DNA of 64,000 nt from a virus, in IMG/VR virus record IMGVR_UViG_3300047548_001261, positions 1 to 64,000 of that record; one strand, 5' to 3'. Of this stretch, positions 9,767 to 20,751 are shown in pieces. The notes beneath the pieces were generated by a model. That model did not search any database. It was not told where the DNA came from and worked only from the letters and a program-made list of their open reading frames with translations. The position numbers were made by a program, and so were the translations under genes. Numbering within the stretch: position 1 is the stretch's first letter; the number at the start of each line of letters is the position of its first letter.

Positions 9767-11470
9767 ATGAAACGTAAAACAGCCTTACAAACCCTAGCTG
9801 AGTTCAAAGCTATTCACGGCAACAAATACGACTACTCTCTTGTTGAGTACAAAGGTACAGACAAGAAAGTCACCATCATCTGTCCATCTCACGGCCAATT
9901 CCAGCAACGCCCAGGGAACCATATCCGAGGAGAAGGTTGTCCGAAGTGTAAAGTGAGCAAGGTTGCCGATAGCCACAGACACACGACGGACATTTTCATC
10001 GAGAAGTCAAAAGCTAAACACGGTGCAGATCGGTACTCTTACACCCAAACGGTTTACACAGCATCGAAAGCAAAGGTTAATCTCGGGTGTAATATCTGCG
10101 GGACGATCTTTTCTCAATTGGCGGGGGATCATTTAAAAGGTAGTGGGTGCCCTAAGTGTGCCACCGTATCCCGAGCCGCTAAGAATGCGCTTATTGATAA
10201 GGTTATGCCGATAAGGACAACGGAAGAGTCCTATGTTCAATCCCTAAACCTTCCCGACAACATCTCTTACGTACCAGGGAGTTTCAAGGGTGTATTCAAG
10301 CACGTAAAGTTCCTGTGCCAAAAGCACGGAGAGTTTACCAAGATAGGCAACTCTGCCAGGACGTCCCAATACTTGTGCCCTGACTGCGTTAGCGAACAAA
10401 GCTCTGCAAGGCAGTTCCACACCCTAGGCCAAGTCATAGATAAAGCTAACAAGGTGCATGGGCAATACACATATAGGAGAGGGCAGGAGTACAAAGGCAA
10501 CCGCACTCTGCTGGAGATCACATGTCCTACCCACGGAACGTTTACGCAAACAGCTATGGGGCATCTAGCTGGCGCGGGGTGTAAGGCTTGTGGGTATGAG
10601 AAGGTTGCAAGCTTATTACCAACCTATGTCTCTAAAGGGGAACAAGAAATCGCAGATCACTTCAAGGGTCTAGCAAAGGTTATTCAATCGGATAGGGGTA
10701 TTCTCTGGGGGCAAGAGCTCGATATTTACTTTCCGGAGCAGAATGTCGCCGTGGAATACAACGGGTTGTACTTTCACGGCGAAAACTTTAAAAAACCACG
10801 AGACCACTTGGATAAACTGAAAAAGTGCCAAGAAGCTGGGGTCGACCTAATCCAAATCTACGAGGATGAGTGGCAGAATAAACCCGATATTGTGAAATCC
10901 ATTATCTCCTCTCGGCTAGGCATTTACACACGGCGCGTTCCAGGAAGAAAGACCAAACTTGTTGCTGTCAATTCCACTGACGCGAAAAAATTTTATAATG
11001 AGAATCACATCCAAGGGTTCGTAGGTTGCCAACAACACTTCGGGCTGGTCATCGACGGTGAGATAGTTTCTATGGCGTCATTCTCCAAACCTAGGGAAAT
11101 CTTCAAGACAGTTCCCGCTGATCTGGAACTGGTGAGGTTCTGTCACAAACTAAACACAACCGTTATCGGCGGCTTTAAGAAACTTTTGAAAGCCGTACAA
11201 GGAAAAACCCTCATGACGTATTGCGACAAAAGGCTGTTCAACGGGGAGGGCTATTTATCCGCAGGGTTTTTGCTTTCCCATGAAAGCTCCCCTGGGTTCG
11301 ACTACGTTAAAGGTAAAGGCAGATACTCCAGGTTTCAATTCCAAAAGCACAAATTAGCTAAAACCCTAAAGAACTATGACCCTGACCTAACCGCTGAAGC
11401 AAACATGAAAGCGCACGGCTATAGCCGTATTTATGGTTGCGGTAACATGGTTCTCACACTCAAACCCTAA
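9767..11470 (+). CDS. zinc-ribbon repeat (DUF723-like) putative homing endonuclease with PD-(D/E)xK/Vsr-like domain and Hef/GNAT-like C-terminus
   Basis: Repeated 'HG.KYDYS..Y...V.I.CP.HG.F.Q...H..G.GCP.C'; ELDIYFPEQNVAVEYNGLYFH; LELVRFC...TYCDKR. Confidence 0.75.
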   Translation: MKRKTALQTLAEFKAIHGNKYDYSLVEYKGTDKKVTIICPSHGQFQQRPGNHIRGEGCPKCKVSKVADSHRHTTDIFIEKSKAKHGADRYSYTQTVYTASKAKVNLGCNICGTIFSQLAGDHLKGSGCPKCATVSRAAKNALIDKVMPIRTTEESYVQSLNLPDNISYVPGSFKGVFKHVKFLCQKHGEFTKIGNSARTSQYLCPDCVSEQSSARQFHTLGQVIDKANKVHGQYTYRRGQEYKGNRTLLEITCPTHGTFTQTAMGHLAGAGCKACGYEKVASLLPTYVSKGEQEIADHFKGLAKVIQSDRGILWGQELDIYFPEQNVAVEYNGLYFHGENFKKPRDHLDKLKKCQEAGVDLIQIYEDEWQNKPDIVKSIISSRLGIYTRRVPGRKTKLVAVNSTDAKKFYNENHIQGFVGCQQHFGLVIDGEIVSMASFSKPREIFKTVPADLELVRFCHKLNTTVIGGFKKLLKAVQGKTLMTYCDKRLFNGEGYLSAGFLLSHESSPGFDYVKGKGRYSRFQFQKHKLAKTLKNYDPDLTAEANMKAHGYSRIYGCGNMVLTLKP

Positions 11471-11524
11471 TTTGCCAACCCCTCCCAAATTCTGTATAGT
11501 CTTACCATTCCAAAGGAGAGCGAA

Positions 11525-11857
11525 ATGGCTACCAAAAACCCCGCACCAGTAAAAATCGATGAAACCGTCGCCAACGATGAAACCGTCGCCAACGATGAAA
11601 CCGTCGCCAACGATGAAACCGTCGCCAACGATGAAACCGTCGCCAACGATGAAACCGTCGCCAACGATGAAACCGTCGTCAACCCATGGGAAACCGAAGG
11701 CCCGGTCAAAGTTATTGCCCTGTACCACAAACTCCGACACCCAGTAACAGACGTCATGTTCCAGGTCCACGCTGCACAAGAGATCAATGACCTCCAGGCA
11801 CCCGAACATAAGTTTGTAAGGGATCAGCTTGAGGCGAAGATATTTAAACTGGTGTAA
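11525..11857 (+). CDS. hypothetical head-associated protein with DETVAN repeats
   Basis: RBS AAGGAG; in-frame 18-bp repeat. Confidence 0.7.
   Translation: MATKNPAPVKIDETVANDETVANDETVANDETVANDETVANDETVANDETVVNPWETEGPVKVIALYHKLRHPVTDVMFQVHAAQEINDLQAPEHKFVRDQLEAKIFKLV
11558..11683 (+). repeat. 18-bp tandem repeat GATGAAACCGTCGCCAAC x7
   Basis: Directly visible; the last copy is variant. Confidence 0.95.
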
Positions 11858-11859
11858 CG

Positions 11860-12264
11860 ATGAGCGACAATTCGAGCGTTACACAGAGAAACCTCTCTGA
11901 ATTGTCGGACATGATCCGCTTGGAAAACGACCAGGATAAACGCAGTATCCTCTTGGTTTGCCAAGGGTTGATGTCAGAGTTAGCTCAGTTGACTCATATC
12001 CTAGACGGGATGAGAAGAGAGCACTCCTCAAGAATAAACGACCACGAGGTGAGGCTAGAAACCCATTGCACTAAAATAGAAGCCCACACCACCATTGCAG
12101 ATAAGGCACAAACTATGCTAAGAGTTTGTATATTTATGGTGACACTATCTTCTGGAGGCATACTTGCGGCGGGTAAGTACGCCTACACCAGCATTGCAGA
12201 TTTACGTGATCGGGTAACCCAGCACGAAATTCAGTTAAACATTATGGACAAAGCACCCCGATGA
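11860..12264 (+). CDS. membrane-anchored coiled-coil protein (possible holin)
   Basis: One hydrophobic segment (MLRVCIFMVTLSSGGILAAG). Confidence 0.45.
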   Translation: MSDNSSVTQRNLSELSDMIRLENDQDKRSILLVCQGLMSELAQLTHILDGMRREHSSRINDHEVRLETHCTKIEAHTTIADKAQTMLRVCIFMVTLSSGGILAAGKYAYTSIADLRDRVTQHEIQLNIMDKAPR

Positions 12265-12692
12265 TCTCCGTCCTATACACCAACTCAGACGCCATCAGGT
12301 CATCCATCGGAGTTGACGAGAACGACGTTAGCGACGCCATGATCGCTGCACAGAACCTTGACATGCAAATGATCGAGAGGTTGTCAGAGATAGCGCCCAC
12401 ATACGAGACCATTTTTGATAGCTCTGATGACGGGGAGCGCAGGATGACACTGTGGTGTCAGTACTTCGGAGCATTGACTCTGTTGGAGAACGCAGCTCTC
12501 GCTATCCCTCAAAAAATCCAAGCCAATAACGACCAGCTTTCCAGATTCTCAGTAGACTTTGAAGCGATAAAGGAATCCTTGCGGGGCAAACTTAAAACTT
12601 TAGAAAATAAAGTTAACCCGCCTGTGTCAGCCATTGCCCACAGCGTCATGGGAATCTCTCCTGCTGGATATAACCCTGTAACCGGTGCATGA
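12261..12692 (+). CDS. putative head-tail adaptor
   Basis: Size and position downstream of the major capsid. Confidence 0.55.
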   Translation: MISVLYTNSDAIRSSIGVDENDVSDAMIAAQNLDMQMIERLSEIAPTYETIFDSSDDGERRMTLWCQYFGALTLLENAALAIPQKIQANNDQLSRFSVDFEAIKESLRGKLKTLENKVNPPVSAIAHSVMGISPAGYNPVTGA

Positions 12693-13273
12693 GACTTTCG
12701 CAAGCAACATTAAAAGTTTGCCGTACGGAACTCTGGGGTTTTACGGGAGTAACCTGGGAGAAACTCCCGTTCGCGTGTAGTTACCCGCCAGACGGCAGGT
12801 TCATAGGGCGGAATGTGAGTTTCTACGACCGACGCACACTAATAACACCCCAAGACATTCCAGAGAAATACTCTATTTTGCGTATTGGCTCGGATACTTC
12901 CGAGGAAGTTATTCTCTACGCCAGCCAACAGAATATCAACAACGGCGACACATACCTCTTCTCTCACACGGTTTTTAACGTAATGGCTTACGCTACTGTG
13001 CGTAGGCTAGTAAAAACGCTGTCAGCGTCAGGTATGGCAGGGAAAGCGACCAATTCCATGGTAGGGTTATTCCCAATAATTTTCGAGAAAGGGTTTTCTG
13101 GACCAGAAAACCGAGATGCTGCCGGTGTTTACGTAACTAGGGTGTCATGTTACATTCACCCATCATCCGGACTTAAGAAGTCTGACACCTTGGAGATAGC
13201 TGGGGGTACTTACACGGTCGACGAACTCGTCCCTGAGTTGAAACTGCTTTTTGCCCAGTTAACCAAATTATGA
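12689..13273 (+). CDS. putative head closure/neck protein
   Basis: Position; C-terminal 'DTLEIAGGTYTVDE' is typical of closure proteins. Confidence 0.5.
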   Translation: MRLSQATLKVCRTELWGFTGVTWEKLPFACSYPPDGRFIGRNVSFYDRRTLITPQDIPEKYSILRIGSDTSEEVILYASQQNINNGDTYLFSHTVFNVMAYATVRRLVKTLSASGMAGKATNSMVGLFPIIFEKGFSGPENRDAAGVYVTRVSCYIHPSSGLKKSDTLEIAGGTYTVDELVPELKLLFAQLTKL

Positions 13274-13725
13274 GCATCGACACTTTCCTCCTCGCGGTTA
13301 AATCCACTATCGATAAGGTTGGTGTGGACATGGCTGCCGCACAGCCTGGGGCACCCAAATTCGTTGATTTAGACGACGCCACGGCAACGGAAGAAGCGAT
13401 GTCTAAACCGGACCCTGTATTCATCTGGGAGATGAGCAATTTTCAAGAAGCCCCTAAAGACCCTCTATATCGCGCGACATTCAGCGCGGGGGTGAGAGCA
13501 ATGAACGATCCGGCGAACTACGGATTATTGAAGATGACTGGTATCATAAGTGGTGTTTTTCGGCCTGGGACTTTTATCGAAGTCAAAGATTGGTCGGATA
13601 CGTTTGTTTCCGCTTCGCAAGGGCGGATTCTAATTTCCAAGGCTTACGTCAATGCGCAGGGTTTCGACCGGGCGGCGGGTGTAAGAATGATTTCTATAGA
13701 TGCCATGGTGCAAAGATGGCTTTAG
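13270..13725 (+). CDS. putative tail terminator/completion protein
   Basis: Position and size. Confidence 0.45.
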   Translation: MSIDTFLLAVKSTIDKVGVDMAAAQPGAPKFVDLDDATATEEAMSKPDPVFIWEMSNFQEAPKDPLYRATFSAGVRAMNDPANYGLLKMTGIISGVFRPGTFIEVKDWSDTFVSASQGRILISKAYVNAQGFDRAAGVRMISIDAMVQRWL

Positions 13726-14459
13726 TATCCAAAGTAACCTTCAACAAGGACGTTATCTCCCAAAAGATCAAGGCCGAAATCACCCGAGCAGACGGTAACC
13801 CCGTCAACGTTCAAGTCTCTGAGTTGATACGCAAAATCTCTAATCGTATGGTCGGTGTAGGTGCCGGCCAAAGCTCCTCTTCCGTGGCACAAGCTGTTAA
13901 GCACCTTGCTGCAGAAGAAATGGCAGCCGGGCTTTTATCTGTTAACTCCTTGTTAAAAACCGGCATCACAGGTGGCACATCTGGTAACACAGGTTTCGGT
14001 TTCCAACCCCTTTCAAAAAGCTGGCTGCGGAGAAAGAAAGAAGCCAACCGGGATAAGTTCTGGAAGAACAAGGGAAACCTTGCTTTCGGGTTTGCCCCTT
14101 TCGCGCACGGGTACATATCTCAATTACGTAGTGCGAAAACCGTAGTCAAAGCCAGGGCACGTAAACGCACCTTTGGCAAAAAGATGTTCAGCTATGAGAT
14201 TTCAGTACAGTTGCCCTCACACCGAGAGCCATTTATCACCGAGATTACCCGGAATTCATTTATAAGGGCAACCCCTTATATTGGTGTCGGCTCTTCATCA
14301 GAAGATTTATCTAAATCTCGTCCCCGAACTTTTGGTAAGATAGGTTTACTAGAAGGCACTGGAAAATACCACAGACCATTCATTGCCAAGATCATGGCTA
14401 ACCGAGGTAAAAATTACCAATGGATGGTTAGCCAAGTTATCCGCAAGATTGTGGTTTAA
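13716..14459 (+). CDS. putative basic neck/tail completion protein
   Basis: 'FQPLSKSWLRRK', C-terminal 'RPF' motif; likely start MALVSK. Confidence 0.5.
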   Translation: MALVSKVTFNKDVISQKIKAEITRADGNPVNVQVSELIRKISNRMVGVGAGQSSSSVAQAVKHLAAEEMAAGLLSVNSLLKTGITGGTSGNTGFGFQPLSKSWLRRKKEANRDKFWKNKGNLAFGFAPFAHGYISQLRSAKTVVKARARKRTFGKKMFSYEISVQLPSHREPFITEITRNSFIRATPYIGVGSSSEDLSKSRPRTFGKIGLLEGTGKYHRPFIAKIMANRGKNYQWMVSQVIRKIVV

Positions 14460-14483
14460 ATTAATATTACTGAGAATTTAAAA

Positions 14484-14579
14484 ATGGCAACAAGATTAGG
14501 CACGAATTTACAGTGGAAAGAAAATAACCCATTACTTGCGGATGGCGCGACGATAACCCTTGTTTATTTGCTCGTCTAG
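14484..14579 (+). pseudogene. relic of an Mtd_N/hyaluronidase-type fibre N-terminal domain
   Basis: MATRLGTNLQWKENNPLLADG matches the 'RGT..W...NP.L..G' motif, then stops at 31 aa. Confidence 0.5.
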
Positions 14580-14587
14580 GTTTTAAT

Positions 14588-14904
14588 ATGTTTACAATTC
14601 CGTTAAAACAGGGTGACAAATTCGAGAAATTGTTTGAGCTTTTTACAGACCTGGGTGAGCCAGACAACTATCTCGGCGGATTGCAAATATCATCGCAAGT
14701 GCGCGGCATTAGGGGTAATTTAATTTTTGATTTTCAAGTGATTCGCGCGGGGTTGTTGTCGCATCAGTTTATTTTATATGCGCCCTCCTCCGCCACAAAA
14801 ATGTGGCCTATTGCTCAATTAAGGTTTGATGTTAAATTTTTTGACGGAGCTGACTCTATCCGCGTTGAGACTGTGGCGATTGTTGTGAGTGAGGCCGAAA
14901 CTTT

Positions 14905-14908
<4 letters not shown>
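14588..14908 (+). CDS. small Ig/BppU-like virion protein
   Basis: 'LKQGDKF...QISSQVR...WP...LRFDVKF' pattern typical of fibre adaptor domains. Confidence 0.55.
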
Positions 14909-17822
<2,914 letters not shown>

Positions 17823-17881
17823 GCTTTCGCTTAAGTATCGAGAATTATGAACGCTTTTAAATCTTTTTTAGGAAAAATAAA

Positions 17882-18079
17882 ATGACTATTGTAAAAACTG
17901 GTGAAGTGAACCGCTGGCCCGATGAGGGTGGCGAAACAATTAACTCTCAGACATGGAATCCTGAGACTGAATCATTCGATTCTCAAAGCATATTTGTCGC
18001 TGATGGGGATATTATTGTGTGCGAGTCGTGGTTGAATATTGAAACGGGAGAGACTTTCTCTACTGTCCGCTTGCCGTAG
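17882..18079 (+). CDS. small acidic hypothetical protein
   Basis: ORF with AGGA RBS. Confidence 0.55.
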   Translation: MTIVKTGEVNRWPDEGGETINSQTWNPETESFDSQSIFVADGDIIVCESWLNIETGETFSTVRLP

Positions 18080-18162
18080 GCTTTTTTTGTCGCAACTTAA
18101 GTTGTTTTTATCGCAATTTAAGTGTGCGCGTACAAACTAACCAATTATTTAGTGGTGATTTT

Positions 18163-18590
18163 ATGGTAGTGAAGTCGCCACTCAGGTGGATGGGCGGGAA
18201 ATCAAAGCTTGCTGATTCTATCATTTCTAAGATGCCCCCTCACCGTTGTTATGTTGAGCCGTTTTGCGGCGGCGGTGCTGTTTTTTTAAAAAAAATCGTT
18301 CTAAATCAGAGGTCGTAATATATAACCCTGATGAGTATAACCCTGATGAGTATAACCCTGATGAGTATAACATCCTTGTCAATGGCCCGTTACTTGTAAA
18401 GAACGTCAACGTGGCGGCCTTGACTATAACTAACGGGGTGTGGAGAAGATTAGACGGTATTTCTTTGGTTGCACCAACGTCCAACACCATTCATTGGCTA
18501 CCTGACGGTAGGGTTTATACTGCATCGGATATTAAAGGTGACATTACTAAAATAAAAAGTAATACGGACATAATCCCAACCCTTTTATAA
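18163..18590 (+). pseudogene. Dam/D12-class adenine methyltransferase N-terminal fragment, frameshifted and fused to unrelated sequence
   Basis: SPLRWMGGKSKL...YVEPFCGGGAVF, frame break at T8A8 (18281-18296), then RSKSEVV; no DPPY motif. Confidence 0.7.
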
Positions 18591-18852
18591 AATGCGCCTC
18601 ATGTGCATTCCGACAACCCTCTTGTGCACTCTGTTTGGGTGGATTAAGTCTGTCTGAGACGCCAAATCTTCTATAATTTCAATTTTTTTTTTTTTTTTGC
18701 AGTTTGCTTGCGGTTTATTTTCAGTTGAAGCGCACGGCAACATGTAATACCGTCAAACCCTAATAGCGCGGGCCAAGAAATTGCGCGCGGGGTTGGCACT
18801 AACGTATTGAGGCATTAAACCAAAAATAACCCATTTTTAACCCATCAAAATA

Positions 18853-18884
18853 ATCGTAAGCCAGAAAAGTTCCTGGCTTACGAT
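18853..18884 (-). terminator. hairpin terminator after 18891..19466
   Basis: ATCGTAAGCCAG...CTGGCTTACGAT. Confidence 0.6.
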
Positions 18885-18890
18885 CAGCAC

Positions 18891-19466
18891 TCAAAAGCCT
18901 AGGCGTCTAAGGGCAGCAACTCCTTCCGGTGTCCGAAGGTCGTGCGCGTTGGCACTATCGAAAGCTTTGCCCCTACCTTTGTCTTCAGAATAAGAATTAC
19001 CGAACCCGTACATCGTAGACTCCAGCAGCATCAACCCCTCTTGCATCAGGCCAGAAGTGTAGTCGCGAACCAGCTTCATTGTGTCAGACCGGTCCAGGTC
19101 GCAGTATAACTTTTTGGCTGCGTCGAAATCATACCCGACCATACGGAGGATCACACTGTCCAGGGACATTTTTTGCAGGAATTCCACATAGCTTGACCCC
19201 CACCCTTTTTTGGCGCCTTTCCTCGCACTGTCCGGCCCCGACGTTATCTCTTCCTGAATTTCCTGTAGTCGCCCCACGAAGTAATGAATATCCTCTGTAG
19301 TCGGGTTGGTTACCCCACAAATTTCGGTGACGATGCTAACGAATAGGTCGAACAGCTCGTCGTCGGTCACAGCACCCCCGACATGGATAGCATAGGTTTC
19401 TACGGCTAACAAAGAGATAGGAAAGCGTCTACCTGACCCCATTAAGTAAAAAATTGAGTGAGACAT
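18891..19466 (-). CDS. hypothetical protein, possible tail assembly chaperone (inverted)
   Basis: 191 aa, helical, divergent from the tail tube gene. Confidence 0.5.
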   Translation of the reverse strand: MSHSIFYLMGSGRRFPISLLAVETYAIHVGGAVTDDELFDLFVSIVTEICGVTNPTTEDIHYFVGRLQEIQEEITSGPDSARKGAKKGWGSSYVEFLQKMSLDSVILRMVGYDFDAAKKLYCDLDRSDTMKLVRDYTSGLMQEGLMLLESTMYGFGNSYSEDKGRGKAFDSANAHDLRTPEGVAALRRLGF

Positions 19467-19561
19467 TAGGGCCTCTCGGAATCTATTGTAATTTATATGA
19501 ATTGTTATTATACTCTCTCAAGATATATCAACTCATCAATCTTTGCAAAGAGGAAAGTACC

Positions 19562-20362
19562 ATGGCCCAATTAGGTGCACCAGTCACTTCAGCATTCCAG
19601 ATCGGAACAGCAGAACTTCGCATTGGGCCAATGTCCAGTGCTGGAAAATTATCTCAAGCCCACTCCATTGGTTTGGTGGACAGCGTAGGGGTTACGATCT
19701 CGCAAGAGACCAAAGAACTCGAAGGGGGGTTTCCAAAGAACCTCATAGCCTCCGCAGTTACCAAACAGTTGGGGTCTATCAGCGCAACTTTCAGGGAATA
19801 TTCCAGAAGAAACTTATCTGTGCTGCTCGGCGCGGGCATCGTTGCCGCAGCCACACCCGTCGCCACCACAATCGCCGCCGACTTGGCTTTGAACGCTGCC
19901 GGTGCGACGCTGGCATCCGGGGTAGGCTTCACTGCCGGCGATATTTGCGTCATTTACCAGACAGGTAAACCCGAGACTGTCTCTATTGTTAAGCTGCTAA
20001 CAGTCAGCAGCAACGCAGTTACCTGGACAGCAAACAGTTTGGCTAACGCTTTTACTGCCGCGCAGGGTGCCATTAATTTTTACAAAGCCAATGAAGTGCC
20101 ACTGGGCGCTGTAACATCGGTGAACTATTTCTCAGCGACTGCGGTCTGGACTTCGGCTTCAGGTAAACCAGATTTCTTCAACTTTTGGAAAGTTTCCGTC
20201 GGGGGAAACATGAATTTCAAAACTAGTGCAGACGACTTCGCGTCTTCTGACATGGAGTTGAAGGTCCTGTTACCGTCAGCCGCAGACATTGCCGGCGACT
20301 TGGCCCCTGTTGCGTCGATCATCGCTACCAACCCAATGGGGTTGTTGATCCAGTCATCATAA
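19562..20362 (+). CDS. major tail (tube) protein
   Basis: Start MAQLGAP after GAGG; 'HSIGLVDSVGVT...L.GGFP'; upstream of the tape measure. Confidence 0.75.
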   Translation: MAQLGAPVTSAFQIGTAELRIGPMSSAGKLSQAHSIGLVDSVGVTISQETKELEGGFPKNLIASAVTKQLGSISATFREYSRRNLSVLLGAGIVAAATPVATTIAADLALNAAGATLASGVGFTAGDICVIYQTGKPETVSIVKLLTVSSNAVTWTANSLANAFTAAQGAINFYKANEVPLGAVTSVNYFSATAVWTSASGKPDFFNFWKVSVGGNMNFKTSADDFASSDMELKVLLPSAADIAGDLAPVASIIATNPMGLLIQSS

Positions 20363-20436
20363 ACGTTCAAATAATGGTGTATAACGCCAAAATTAAACAG
20401 CCCGCCAGAAACTGAACTTAAATTAGGTACAATGAG

Positions 20437-20589
20437 ATGAAAAAGCTACGAATTATCTGGTGGAACATCAAGTCAACCGCCGCATTAAAACTATACGACT
20501 TTCTGTCATTTATCGGCTTGTGTGAGGGCGACTTTGGCAAGTATGCGGTTGGTGTGTTGGCGAAGCTTGAGGTCGAAGACCCCAGATGA
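20437..20589 (+). CDS. 50-aa moron-like ORF
   Basis: MKKLRIIWWNIKSTAALKLY..., followed by a terminator. Confidence 0.4.
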   Translation: MKKLRIIWWNIKSTAALKLYDFLSFIGLCEGDFGKYAVGVLAKLEVEDPR

Positions 20590-20645
20590 TAGCCACATGA
20601 TCCAAGCGACGTAAAAAATTTAAAACTCCTCCTGTTGGACCTCTT

Positions 20646-20678
20646 GGCCCGGTTGTTCCCCTCAACCGGGCCTTTTTT
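20646..20678 (+). terminator. intrinsic terminator
   Basis: GGCCCGGTTG...CAACCGGGCC-TTTTTT. Confidence 0.8.
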
Positions 20679-20751
20679 ATGCCTGTTGAAAAATACGCTG
20701 AAAGGTTTAAACTGCATCAGACACCCCTCCCCAAATTAATTGAGCAAATCA

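Noticed and set aside
11558-11683. CRISPR array or iterons
   Set aside because: No spacers; in-frame peptide repeat
18590-18700. Minus-strand peptide IEIIEDLASQTDL resembling a chemoreceptor signalling motif
   Set aside because: Too short, next to a homopolymer tract, with no supporting ORF
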